DNA of 64,000 nucleotides from contig OZ024740.1 of the NCBI GenBank assembly GCA_964016885.1, forward strand, positions 441,998,001 to 442,062,000. The letters run 5' to 3'. Source of the stretch: Eledone cirrhosa (Eukaryota). Both the position numbers and the translations under genes were made by a program. Positions 1 through 58,068 of the stretch are shown here, piece after piece. The notes under the pieces were generated by a model that had not been told where the DNA came from, did not search any database, and worked only from the letters and a program-made list of their open reading frames with translations. Position 1 is the stretch's first letter. Each line of letters starts with the position of its first letter.

Positions 1-289
1 GTGTGTGTGTGTGTGTATAAGTGTAATAAATGATTAAGTATTGTATATGATTGAACAATATATATCGTAGTCAGCATATGTAGACTATTATAATAAATAC
101 AGAAACATATGTTAAAGCAAATAAATTCCTAATATCTTCACACCGACGTTTTATTTTTCTTGGTGCAATACATGCTTGTATATATATCTAAATATATATA
201 TCATCATCATCATCATCATCATCAACGTTTAACGTCCGTGTTCCACGCTTGCATGGGTTTGGACGGGGGTAGTCCCACTTGAGGCAAGA

Positions 290-326
<37 letters not shown>

Positions 327-722
327 ATACTTGGGAGGGTCATATTTGTGTAATATTGCCAGAATTAATAACCGAACACACTAACTGTTTGGTTCGTTTT
401 CGCTTCTGTGTCTTTTATATCGGTTAATTTAATTTATTCGGTCCTCAATGTTGCCATTGACTGACCAACGGTCAAAAATACAGATACAATATAGACACAA
501 ACACATATATATAGTCTATCAAGTTCTTTCGTTGCACATCTGCAACATCGTCAGTGGTGCTATTGTTTCCTCCCGTTGCATTGTATGTCTACGCCATCTT
601 TATTTAGTCTGTTTATATATTTATTTATTTGTTCTGTTTTTTTTTGTCTTCTTTGCGCAAGCGTTTGCGTGTGTGTATAGTGTTTTGTTTGATGTGTGTT
701 CGTGTTTGGGTGACTGTGAATT

Positions 723-787
<65 letters not shown>

Positions 788-1078
788 ACATCAGAATGAG
801 CTTTCCTGTTAACTTTTAATTTGGAAGATGGCCTCAACAATATATTTTTATACAATACTGTCCTTTCCATAAATTATGCCATAAATCAACATTAGTTCTA
901 ATTGTTTAATAATAATCTTTTTAAAACAAATGATTAGAAATAATGGTTGTGTAATTTCCTTTTCTGAATTTCCAAATGCTCGTTTCTTTACAAGTAATAA
1001 TATCAGACTTAATCATAAAGATCTGTTCTCACTAAAACTACATCAATTGTCTGGCCTTAATTTGATTCTTTTACTTAC

Positions 1079-44967
<43,889 letters not shown>

Positions 44968-45069
44968 AGTTTAATCTGCAAATAGAAGAAACATTTTTTT
45001 AAAGTTTAATGATGTTTGTGTTAGGTTCAATAGGTAAAATTTATGCAAAAAAAAGGAGAGAGAGAGAGA

Positions 45070-45155
<86 letters not shown>

Positions 45156-46684
45156 TTAAAGGATCTCCGTCTGTTTCAATAATGAGTGTTTTAGTTGTTC
45201 TGTCAACCGAAAGACTGAGAGTTACGGCCCTTTATGGTCTGAGTCCAAATCCCGCCAAGGTTAACTTTGCCTGTCATCCTTACGGGGTCGATAAAATAAA
45301 GTACCAGTAATACACTAGGATAATTGCTGGCCTTGTGCCAAAAGTAGAAATAATTATTCCTTCCAGAACCATTCATAGCCTTTATGTATTTCTCGGTGAG
45401 GAGATTCAACGTAACATTGTAAATAACATGACAGGCTCTTTGAATTACAAGTAGAGACCATCTGACTGGTACAGTCAAAATATCGGAAGCGGCGTTAATA
45501 TCAGACGATCGTTAAAGAAGAGGGTTATCTTCAACTAAAAATAGAACCAACTCTTATCACCTGGATGCGGCCCGGCCCCTTTAGAGTATATGCCGAAAGA
45601 TTTGCTTGAGGGTGAGGGTAGAGGGTTTTTCTCTGACGACCTGATATCCAGCTCTCCTGAGTTTCTTATCACTGACTCAAGGAGAATTTACCTCTTACTT
45701 TCCTATAATCGCTACCTATGAAGATTTTCCATCATTTGTTGACCTTTTATTGCTTTAATTATTGGCCTGCAACCATGTTTAGAGACTGTCTACCATACCA
45801 AACACCGTATATTCTCTAGCATGTACATTATCGCCTTCGCAAACAGTTGCTTGTCTTCCTGTCCTCTACATTGAGAGCCGTGGTACCGAGGTTTGTGGTC
45901 GGGGCGACTAAATTGAAGGCGGAGAACATGTCATGTCCCAAATAAAGGATTTATCTCCTTCGAAAGAGAAGAGAGGAATTCCATCAGGGTGTTTGCAGTC
46001 ACCCGAGGCCTACTGGCTCCAGTTGTAAAAAATATCATATTGGAAAAAAATTCATTCAGTCAATTTATCACTATTAATTCTTTACGATTCTCTCAGATAT
46101 TTGCCGTCTGACAGTCGCAGATATTTCTTTCCATTCGAAGGGGGTAGATCCCTCATCTGAGACGCCACATGTTGTGACACGTTCTCCACCTCCAACTTAA
46201 TCGACCACAAACCCCGGTACTGAGGCCGGCAATGCAGAGGAAAAGAAGACAAACAAATACCGGTGATTGACCGACCCCTTCCTCATCTCACCGGTCGTCA
46301 TGGAGACCTCAGGCGTACTTGGACTCCATATTGCCGAGCTCCTCCGCAAGATTGTTAGCAGCCCGTCTGGGGGGGAGTTCCCCATGAGGTGGGGTGGCTG
46401 CTGCATTGGGTGTCGCTAGACATTGTCTGCGGAAATCATATTGCAGTCTTGTCCGTGGGGTGTAGCCCCAAAACTGCCGCGCCCTATGCCAGAGCACCCC
46501 CCTCTTTCCCCCTCCCATTCTTCTGTGACCCTAGAGCCCTTGCCTTTCCCTTATTTTCCTATTTTTAAATATCAATAAAGTTATTATGAGTTGTTGTTTT
46601 TTTCAATGGAGAAATAAGCAAACTTAAGCTACAGTATCACAACAAGTTCCATTGACCCCTATTTCAGCTACAGTCGTACCACTA

Positions 46685-46800
46685 TTTCAGCTACAGTATC
46701 ACAACAGACTAAGTTTCAGCTACAGTATCACAACAGACTAAGTTTCAGCTACAGTATCACAACAGACTAAGTTTCAGCTACAGTATCACAACAGACTAAG
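46685..46800. repeat. 29-bp tandem repeat x4
   Basis: tttcagctacagtatcacaacagactaag. Confidence 0.9.
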
Positions 46801-47814
46801 GGAATCATCGTCTGTTAAATTACTGCCAATACCATTCTCTTCCGCTCCTTATAGATTCATATATTTCTGGTTAAATATGAGCTCAGTGAACATTCTGTAT
46901 TCAAAATAGATTCCTTTGGCGAAAATCATTTTTTTTTTCATTCAACAGGTTTAAATTGGAACAAGAAAAGAAAATGAAGCAATTAATCCCTTACCTAACA
47001 GACGTTAACTTAAAAAATGTATCCCATCAAATGGAAATTATTTTTAGGTTGGACTTTTTAGAAAACATTATACGCCATCTTGTAAACGAGTAAACACTGA
47101 TTGCCCTAGTTATTTCATTGTCGTATATAATAAGATGGCTGAATGGAGACGGTGTTTTATAAAAAGTAGCTAATAAATTATTTCAAACCCGTTCTAAGCG
47201 TTGTCTTGTGTTTCTGAAAAGACGCGTTACTACATGTGACTGAGTTGACATCGCCTGAAAATATTCAAACATTTAGATCACGTCTCTAAATAACATACAT
47301 TCCAACGGTATAATTGTTTCTACTTTTGGCACAAGGCCAGCAATTATCCCAGTGTATTACTGGTACTTTATTTCATCCCATAAGGATGAAAGGCAAAGTT
47401 AACCTCGGCGGGATTTGAACTCAGACCATTAAGGGCCGTAACTCTTTGCTGCAAAGCATGGCGTCCGACCCTCTCCCGATACTGCCAATCCACCGCCCTT
47501 GCAACTCATTATTCCAACAGAATGAGTTGCTTTAATGAATATTGGTGTCTAACTTATGTTAAAATGGCACAAATGAAGATTATGTGGCATGCATGCCTTG
47601 CTGATTGCCATTTATGGATTTATATAATGACGTTGCCTGAAGAGAAAGAGCAGCGCCCATGAGCCTCTGTCGAGATGTGGGAGACTGGTGAGAGGAAATA
47701 AAGAGTTTATCCTTCAGTCGAAAACCTGATCCGAATGAGACAGAAACAAACACCATAATGCATTGTTTTCTCGATTTACCTATTCTTCCATCTCAAGCAT
47801 ATACACACGCACGC

Positions 47815-47850
<36 letters not shown>

Positions 47851-48143
47851 GTACATACACACACATGTATATATACATATATACACACACACATATATAT
47901 ATATATATATAAGAAAAGAGTAAGGACCCTGACGGGTGAGCTCTGGCCGTTTCGACAGCTAAATCCGAACTATGTATATATATATACATGTACATACACA
48001 CACATATGTATATATATATGTGTGTATATATATACATATACATATACACACACACATATACATATACACACACACACAAATATGCACACATATATACACA
48101 CACACATATACATATACACACACACACAAATATGCACACATAT

Positions 48144-48271
<128 letters not shown>

Positions 48272-48402
48272 AATCGAAAATGCAACTGGAATCGTGTTTT
48301 TTTAAAAATATATATTTATTTGGTTCCTCTACCGGTTTCGCAGTTCTTCTGCTTTTCAAAAGTAGAGTTGAGATGGAGAGTCTGTGGTTTTTCTCACATC
48401 TG

Positions 48403-48443
<41 letters not shown>

Positions 48444-49009
48444 CTATATATATATATACATACACACACTCACACACACACACCTATATATATATACATA
48501 CACACACTCACGCATTCTTTTATTGTTTTACTGGTTTCAATGATCTACGGCCATGCTGGGTCATCACTTTCGAGGAGTCCAGTCGATCATATCGACCCCA
48601 GTAGCTGGTTGTACCAAACCTGCAATTTACTCTATCGCTCATGGTAGTAAACATAAATACAGTTACATAGGGCATTGTTCAACCCATGGCAATGGAAGAA
48701 GATATTTGCTGAAGGGGTCAAGCAGGAGGACTGACCTCTAAACCATAGGGTTACAAAATGGCCTCCTTAATATTCTATGGTATCAGCCCTTAACTGTTGA
48801 TGCAGACGTAGGGTCTATGAAGCGGAACCCATCCCTCTCCAGGTCTGAACACCAGAGAAAGAGAGAAAAGAGGAAGAATCGACCCCAGTACATTACTGGT
48901 ACCTTATTTATCGCCCTCGAAAGGGTGGATGGCAAAGTTAACCTCGGTGCGATTTGAAGGAAGGACACAGAGAGCTAAAACGAATGCCGCAAATTATTCT
49001 TAATTGGCG

Positions 49010-49163
49010 GCCAAATATATATTGCCTGATGAGCCTGTGTAAAACAGGCGAAACTCCGCCAAATATATATTGCCTGATGAGCCTGTGTAAAACAGGCGAA
49101 ACTCCGCCAAATATATATTGCCTGATGAGCCTGTGTAAAACAGGCGAAACTCCGGAGTAACAA
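49010..49163 (+). ncRNA. Tandem triplicated hammerhead ribozyme core (48-bp unit x3)
   Basis: CTGATGA-GCCTGT-gtaaa-ACAGGC-GAAA x3; the last copy has palindromic stem III ACTCCGGAGT and a GTA triplet at 49157-49159. Confidence 0.8.
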
Positions 49164-50779
49164 GACTCACTATTTAGCCTTAATAAAATGAATGTGCATG
49201 TGTATTTATGTGTGTGTGTATGTGTGTATATGTGTGTATGTGTATGTGTATGTGTGTATGTGTGTTGTGTGTGTATATGTGTGTGTATGTGTGTATATAT
49301 ATGTATGTGTATGTATGTATGTGTATGTGTGTGTAAACAAACAGAGACAGAAACATGGATTCATGAGAACAATTTCTAATATATCGATTTTAGTTATGTA
49401 AATATTTGATTAGTTTCATTGATACAAAGATATGTGTTTATTGGAGAGTGTGTGTGAATATATGTGTGTGTAGTGGAGTGTGTGTGTGAATATATGTGTG
49501 TGTAGTGGAGTGTGTGTGTGAATATATGTGTGTAGTGGAGTGTGTGTGTGAATATATGTGTGTGTAGTGGAGTGTGTGTGTATGAATATATGTGTGTGTA
49601 GTGGAGTTTGTGTGTGTGAATATATGTGTGTTTTGGAGTGTGTGTGTGTGTGAATGTATGTGTGTGAATGTATGTGTGTGTGTGTGTTTTGAGTGTGTGT
49701 GTGAATGTATAAGTGTGTGTGTTAGTGAATGCCTGTGTGTGCGTGTTGGAGCGAATGTGTGTTTGTTGGAGTGTGTGTATATGAGTGTGTGTATGTGTGC
49801 ATGTGTTGGAGTATGTGTGTATATGAGTGTGTGTGTGCATGTGTTGGAGTGTGTGTGTATGCGTGTGTGTCTGTTTAAATCGTTCAACTGATATCAGCAA
49901 TACGACTGACTTTTTCTCGATACGTGTGATCGATATGTTTGATCGATATGTCTGATCGATATGTCTGATCGCTATGAGTGATCGATACGTGTAATCGATG
50001 TGTATCGTTGCCGTTATCAGCCGAGGTGTCAACCTCAATGACTCAAGACAACGAAAAGACGTTACTTGATCTGCCAGATATCACCACCAAATCTCTCTCA
50101 AATCACACTGAATCGTCTTTATAAAAACAAAAGAGCAAATACGTTATATAATACTGTCCTAGGTACTAAACGGGATGGTCACGGTTGGAACTTAATTAGT
50201 GAAATGTCTGCTCATTCGGTCAGGCTTGACTCTCGACTAGACGACAATAATAATACCGACTGTTCCTATTTTCATACTTAAATATATATTTACCCTCACA
50301 CAGAGACAGACAGACAGATAGATATATCAGAACAAATACTATATCAACGAACCAACATTGCTAAGGTGTGTACTGGAGGATGAAGGAAAACAATATATAT
50401 GTATACATATATATATATATGTGGGGGAGGGGTGGGAGGAATAGAAAGAGAAGGAGAAGGGAATATGAAACTAAATGGCGCGAAGTTGAAAGTTCCTGAT
50501 ATCTAGCGAAGAACTGATCTTATTGGCTGAATTTGTTGAAGTACAATTTGTAGTTCTCGGCAATACAGTAGCAACTTGATCAGAAGACGTGAAAATAGGA
50601 GTTTTACTGGGATCTTCAGAATATGGAACAAAGGCCATAGAATCTAGAACGAGGTGGGACACCGTACAGCAGAGTTAACCTATACAACGCCCTTGATTAC
50701 CCAGTCGCAACCTCAGAATTGTGAGTCCTAATATTGGAAATGCATTAATTACGTCATCTAGTGATGTCATTACAAGACA

Positions 50780-51000
50780 GACATAGAAATACATCGATTG
50801 AGAAGCTCTTGATATCACATACAGCAAGAAGGAAGATACTGAAATGGATCGATCGTGTAATAAGGTCACCCAATAACTAGGTAGTATTAACTTTCTGCCA
50901 AGGTTTCTCAAACAAAAGACCACGTGGTAGACCACATAAGACATGGTACTCTCATATCGTCTAATAGTTGAAGACAAGATGTGGTCTAGCTGGCAGAAGG
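50780..51000 (+). pseudogene. Highly decayed LINE C-terminal fragment
   Basis: RRKILKWIDRVIR...KRPRGRP resembles the RTE L.W.GHV.R...RPRGRP motif. Confidence 0.5.
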
Positions 51001-51155
51001 GGACGAGCTGCCAGAAAAGAAAGGGCAGCAGCAACGAACTCCCTCCTACATCAATGGCCAGACAACACAGGCTGGATATAGAAAGAGACGCAATAAGAGC
51101 GGTACTCCAGCATGGCCTCAGTCGGATGGCTGGAACAGGTTAAAGAGTAAAAGAG

Positions 51156-51282
<127 letters not shown>

Positions 51283-51378
51283 TGAAACTGGGCCATTAAA
51301 GTATCTATAGAGTTTATGCGGAATAAAATTGCAAAAAAGTTTCTAGTCCGACCATCTGTTTCTTTTAATCAATGTATG

Positions 51379-51444
<66 letters not shown>

Positions 51445-51450
<6 letters not shown>

Positions 51451-54400
51451 TATAGTTATGTATACACTGTATACAACTATAAACAGGAAAGGTCAGTAAT
51501 TTATTACTACCTTATTATCAGTAAGAAAAAATAGCTCAATGTAAATACATGAGATGTGTTACAGAGGTGGAATATAAATTACACAATAATTAAAGCTATG
51601 TTCAAATCATTTTATTGCTGGCAATCGTTTCTTCCAAACTATTGTTTGGAATCATCGGAGCAGTAGCAATGTTTGTACATATAATTAACCTTCTATTCAA
51701 CTGAACAATCATATAGATACATGGATATTAAAGTTGTCAACAGTTTCGTATTTACAAGGTGAAATGGATGCGACATAGATTACAAGAGAATTATAGAATA
51801 ATTAACATTACAAATTAAAAATTAAAAATTAAAAATTAAAAATTAAAAATTATAAAGGTACAGAGTGGAATGCAAGCGACAGAGATTATAAGGGAATAGT
51901 ATAACAATTAAAGAGGCATTAAGGTAGAAAGTTACTCGTAAAACGAGGAAACTAGCAGTACATATGCAAGCGTAAAGAGAGTGCAATGCATCAGTCATAT
52001 ACAGGAAGGAAACAAGCAATGGAATTAGGCATATATAATTTTTTGCAAGGCAAAGGTATCACATGAAATAAGCATATCAGGCAAAGCTGTTTTTGTATTA
52101 AAACTATGGCTTTATGGTGGATGTAGTGTGACTGTTGTTTCTGTAATGTTCAAATGTATATGTGCTGAGAGTATCAATGTTATTGTTAACTTTTCCATTA
52201 GATTGGCTATGTTTTATTTTAGTGAATGTTTTTAATCAGTCACAGCCCTGGATTATATACCGGTCCTATTATATTGCTATCAGGGGTTCAAGTTTCTGTG
52301 GAGTGATTTTACTAACGGTTTAATTTCCGGAAGTGAGTTTGATCTATATTAAAGGGAGCTAATACGAAAGGGGAGGTAACTAGCGATTACATTGTATATG
52401 ATAGGAATTAAAAAAATGTAAAGTTGTTTACAGCTCCAATCTGCTAAAATCTTTGTGTTGATATACATTATATTATAAGTGAATCCCTTTTATATAATGC
52501 TATTAGTTTATATTTAATTTTGAATAGAATCTATTTTCCTATAATACATTAAAGGTCTCATTATATTGTTATCTATTCCTTACTTAATAAAGTATAAGAA
52601 AGTTACAGGAAAAAAATGTATAGTTGTTTACAGGTCTAATTAGTTAAATCTCTTGTGCTATTAATATACATTATATTATGTTATAAGTGAATCCCATATA
52701 TATAATGCTATTAATTTATGTTTAATTATAAATATAATTTATTTTTCTATACTACATTAAGTGTCTCATCATATTATCTATCCATTACTGAATATAATAT
52801 AAGCAAGATATAGTGGTTATATTAAATGGTGTTAGCTTTGTGTTTATTCTAAATGGTTATTGTATAGTATAAAGTTAGAGAAAAAAGGAGTTAAGTAGAG
52901 TGATGAGCTGATCAAAGAGTGAGATGATGTGGAGGTACTTATATGCCGATAATACCTAAAGTTGAGGTGTTAATGGTGGTGAGGAATTCAGATCTGACAT
53001 TGTTATATATTAGCAGCTAGGTTTAAAGCTATGAAAAGAGTGTCGCTGGTAGTGCTGGCACACTGTAAAAAACCTCTGATTTTCTATTTAGGAGGTCTAG
53101 CTTAGAATAGATTATTGTTCGGGTCTCTAGAAGACAGGGGTTACATAATTGATTAGGTGGTTTATACGGTGCGGCCCTATCTACTATCTCCCATTGAAGT
53201 GTATATGGTCTATTCCAAGTTTTCAGAGAGTGTATGTAGTTAGATAAAGAAGTGGAGTTGGCTAGATTGCGATTTTTGAAAGTGTGGAGATACGAGTCTT
53301 GAAGCAGTTTGAAGTTGAACCTATATATGTTTTAGAAGAGTTGTTTGTGTTGACCGTGCATGAGTAAATGATGTCTTTGATTAAGCAATTTTTACCTAAG
53401 GGGCAAGATCTATTTGTTCTACAGTTACAGTTATTCTGTTTGTTTGCTTGCCGGTTACTATGATGTGTAGATGCTTGGTTGTTAGGGATAGCATTAGGGT
53501 AATGATGTTTGTCGTTCACATTGTTATTAATTTCATTAGTGTTATTATCATTATTATTATTGCAACAAGAAATCTCTGGTACTATGTTGCCCTGTAAGTT
53601 TACCTCCTGCTGTGATTTAATTAGTTGGAAATAATTATTAATCTTCCTTTTATTACTACTAGCTATATGGTATGCGATGTTAGGTGTGATAGAGTAAGAG
53701 ATTTTAATGGTATTTTTATTGATAAGATTATGGTATCTGTGGCCGTCTGGGAAGTTCTTTTCTAAGATTGAGAAGAAAGCCTTCGGTAAGTTGGTAGAGA
53801 TGTTTAGATTGAAAAGGGGGTTGAAGAATGTATTAGTTCTTCTTCTAGTTTTGTTTTTTGTAATTTTATTTGAAGTATTGTTTATATTTCTGTTTATACT
53901 ATTATTGTGGTGTTTATTCTGGTGCGAGTTAAGTTTGATATTACCCTTTGTATTATAGTTATAGTGACTAGTACTTTTATTATTTTTCCTCATGGCCATA
54001 TTGTGAGAAATAATGTTGTAACTAGGTGATTTTTTAGGTAGAAATTTAATCTCATTTTATGTCCTGATCAAGCTAAGGCCTCATTATAGTATTGGGAATT
54101 ATTGTTAAATATGGTTTCGTTATATGATAGATTAGAGATTCTATTTGATATTCCTTTAGTAATTGAGTTTAATATAGATTTAGGGTGGTTAGAGTTGATA
54201 TCTACGTAAAGTAGTTTTTCGTTTGGTTTATGGAAGGGTGTATATATTTTAGAGTCCAGGTAAAGGGTAACATCAAGGAAGTTAACGTGTTTAGTGTTTT
54301 TATCTAAAGTGATACTAAGTTGTAGTTTTTGAAAATTTTATGTAATTGTTTCCTGGTTCTTTCTATATTAAATTTGTTATAGTCAATAAGAAGTAGTGCA

Positions 54401-54836
54401 TCATCGCGGTATAAACCAACATCGAGGTAGGGTAGTTTCTTATGAATTTTATTTAAGAGATATAGGCCGACCAAATCGGTGACCTGCGCGAGTCACTAGA
54501 TCCCATAGTTATGTCAAAGTTGTTATGTGTAGCCTTGCGGGTCCATAATTGATCTTCAAAAGTAATTATGGGTTTTCGGGACGCAAGGATGACATCAATT
54601 TGGGATCTAGTAAGGTCACTATTGTTCATGGCCATAATTAATGCCTTATTTAATAGGATAGGAGAAATAGAGGTGTAGTATGAATTAATATCAAATTGTA
54701 TAAATTTGTTATTTTTATTCTCTTTAATATCATTGAACCATTCAATAACGTCACCAGTATTCCCACTGGTTAAGATATATTTAATGCTTAAATTGTGGGA
54801 TGATTTTATATAATATTTTCTTGCTGATAATTCCAA
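51445..54836 (-). mobile_element. 5'-truncated, frameshifted Penelope-like element (RT, Cys linker, GIY-YIG, long 3' region)
   Basis: FIQFDINSYYTSI, FDITMGS, GLYRDDAL, NFLDVTL, SNHP, CNCRTNRSCPLGKNC, IIYSC...TYIGST; both ends abut (TA)n. Confidence 0.9.
51615..51665 (-). ncRNA. Degenerate hammerhead in the 3' region of the Penelope-like element
   Basis: TGCT-CCGATGA-TTCCAAAC-aata-GTTTGGAA-GAAA-CGATTG-CC-AGCA; the core variants suggest it is inactive. Confidence 0.6.
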
Positions 54837-54842
54837 TATATA

Positions 54843-54940
<98 letters not shown>

Positions 54941-55039
54941 TCTACCTACGGGTTGAGTAATTTAAATGTAGTTACCCTACGACACCACCGGGGAACCTAC
55001 ACACACACTCAAATATACATATATATATACATGTATATA

Positions 55040-55120
<81 letters not shown>

Positions 55121-55125
55121 ATTCA

Positions 55126-55213
55126 GGACACCATATGACACCACATGACACCACATGACACCACATGTCATCACATGACACCACATGACACCACATGACA
55201 CCACATGACACCA
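55126..55213. repeat. 10-bp tandem repeat (cacatgacac)
   Basis: Direct tandem copies. Confidence 0.9.
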
Positions 55214-56682
55214 CGCGAACACTTTAGAAGGCATTGCTTTTGTTTTTGTTTTCAGTTTAGTCTAGATTGCATTCATGATCCCGTCACTCCTGGGGAGTCA
55301 TAGGGACGCCATATTGAACGACGGCATCTCTAGAGGATTTTTAAACCTGGCCGAACCCATCTCCTCTCCAGGTCTGAATACAGCAGATTTCATCCAGAGA
55401 ACGGTAGAGAGAGTGAGAGAATTGAAGTGAGAAAGAGATATAGAGGAAGAATCGACCCCAGTATTAGACTGGTACTGTTTTATCGACCTCGAATGGATAA
55501 AAGGCAAAGTTGACTTCGGCAGTATTTGGACTGAAAGAACAGAGAACCGGAAGGAATAGCACAAAGTATTTTATCCAACGGTTTAACGACTCTGCTAATT
55601 CGCTGCTTTTTAGCCTAGATTACTTCTCCCAATTATGTCCACGATATACTGCTAAGATAACAGGATCTACAAATGACATGCAGCAAATTATTTGTTAGGT
55701 TGAAAACTGAAATTATATTTTAAATTATAATAGCAACGAAGAAAGAAACGATATCTAATCATATATAACTAGAAAGTTCTGGAAAGTTCTGGAAAGTCTG
55801 CTGCTAAAATCTGGCATTGGAATAGAAAGGACCTACATCGGTTTCGACGATGAGTGTTTCAGTTGTTCTATCAACGGAACTGTCTGCTCGTGAAATGAAG
55901 GTAGAGGGGGCTGAGCATGCCACCTGTACTCTTAACATTTTCAGTGTGTGACAAAGTTGGCCTTTTGAATTACAGGTACAATCCATCCGACAGGCTTCCG
56001 TACTATCACCGTCCACCCAGTTTCACCCACAATATTTGGGTTGACCAAAATATCACTCGGTGGGATTGAAATTTCTTGTGAAACCCCAGAATTGGTGTCT
56101 TATTTTCTGAAGTTCCAGTTTCTCCTTCTCTAACGAGATCAATGGACTGAAACAGTGAGAGATTCCACAGCTCTTCAATATTCTCCCTCAAAATTAGTGG
56201 GAGGCAGACAGAATATCTAGAGCCATTGCGATATTTGTTCTGGATATTTATATTTTGAGTTCAAATCCTACCCAGGTCAACTTTGCCTTTCATCCTTCCA
56301 GTGTGGCGAAAATGAAGTACCACTCAAGTACTGGAGTTGATTTAAACAACTTTGCCCAACCACACTCCACCCACATTTTCTGGTTTTGCGTCTAAATTAG
56401 AAATCAACGTTCTCCCACAGAACATAATGAATTTATCAAGAATGGATGTTAACATTTTCATACAGAATCTGGACTTCCTGCCCTGTACAGTCCTTGATAG
56501 ACTTACATCAGGACAGGAAACACAGACAAACCTAAGTCAAAGTCAGTCGTTCAGCAAATACTGCAAACCAGACTGAAATAGCTTGAGCCAGGTACAGAAT
56601 AGAAATATATATAAGATTCTACGAATGTATACACATAGGTGGACACAAATACATATACGCACACATGTTCACACACACACAC

Positions 56683-56735
<53 letters not shown>

Positions 56736-56740
<5 letters not shown>

Positions 56741-56880
56741 ATAAGAAACGGAGAATCAGTGGTGCGATTTCAGAGTCAGGTTCGATCCTCGCATCGATCG
56801 TACCTCTAGTTGGTCGCCAGAGAAACGATTCTAATAAATTCTAATTCGTCGCACCACTGATTCTCCGTTTCTTATGTGAT
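56736..56880. repeat. 32-bp perfect inverted repeat flanking an 81-bp spacer
   Basis: atcacataagaaacggagaatcagtggtgcga / tcgcaccactgattctccgtttcttatgtgat. Confidence 0.9.
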
Positions 56881-56955
56881 ATATATACTCTGCTCTGTAA
56901 GAGCATCGAGTGCTCAAACGGTCCACTGCTTACGGACACTTTTAAGCATCCCACA

Positions 56956-57007
<52 letters not shown>

Positions 57008-57211
57008 AATATTTATACTTATATATGTTTAATATACAACTATAAATATGGAGGGTAGTACTAAGTACTAACCGGTTACTGGTATAAGAAAAGGCTCAAT
57101 GCAAATTATCAAGTGTTTTACAGAGCCGAGATACAAAGTGTTAAAACAATCAAATCTTAGTTTAATACATTTATGTATTAAACTAAGATTTAATTGTGTT
57201 AAAACTTTGTG

Positions 57212-57279
<68 letters not shown>

Positions 57280-57977
57280 CATGTATATGTATATATTAAA
57301 GTCCGCTATTGTCAAATTATCATAAGTGGCAGTTACAATAACAACAGAAATAATAATAAACAAGATGACTAACCTGTAAATTAAAAGGCCAGCTTGGATT
57401 GTGTTGAGCAAGTAGTCGTGTTGTGTTATGAAAAGATAGCAGAGCTCTGTTATATTTATATGTGATTTAGTTTTGACGTGGCAACAGCAAACATATCCGT
57501 CAGACTATTGGATGGACGACAGAACGATATTATCTAGAGAGATAAAGCGATGAGTAGAATGATGGATGGGTGGCAGGCTGGCTGGTTGGTTAAATCGCTT
57601 GATAGATAAGTAGATGATGATGATGATGATGACGTGGGCGGCGACGGTGTAGTCCTAGCTACTGTTTCTTCACCTCTCTTTGTTTTATTCATATTCGGAT
57701 TTTTTATTGCGTTCTTTTTTTTTACTTATCGTCCGCCAAAATCCTGTTTCGCTCCACCCCACGCCACCCTATTTCACCTCATGCCACCCAACCACCACTC
57801 CACCTCACCCCACCGTACCGCACCGCACTCGACCCCACCCGACCCCACCTCCGCCCAACCAATCACCACCCCACCCCACTTCACCCCACCTCGTTCTCAA
57901 TTTTGTTCTGCTTGTCTCATTCTGATTTTTTCTCTCTTCTTTTTTCGTGTCACTGTTACCTCTTCTCCTATCACCCC

Positions 57978-58068
<91 letters not shown>

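Noticed and set aside
46170-46600. GC-rich block starting TGT with AATAAA, possible solo LTR
   Set aside because: No clear terminal CA, target duplication or second LTR.
47637-47775. CTGAAGA with possible long stem II (also 21430)
   Set aside because: No properly placed GAAA or stem I; not counted as hammerheads.
57290-57373. Strong minus-strand acceptor followed by hydrophobic LVILFIIISVVIVTATYD
   Set aside because: No donor or partner exons found; runs into a microsatellite. Cannot be supported as a gene.
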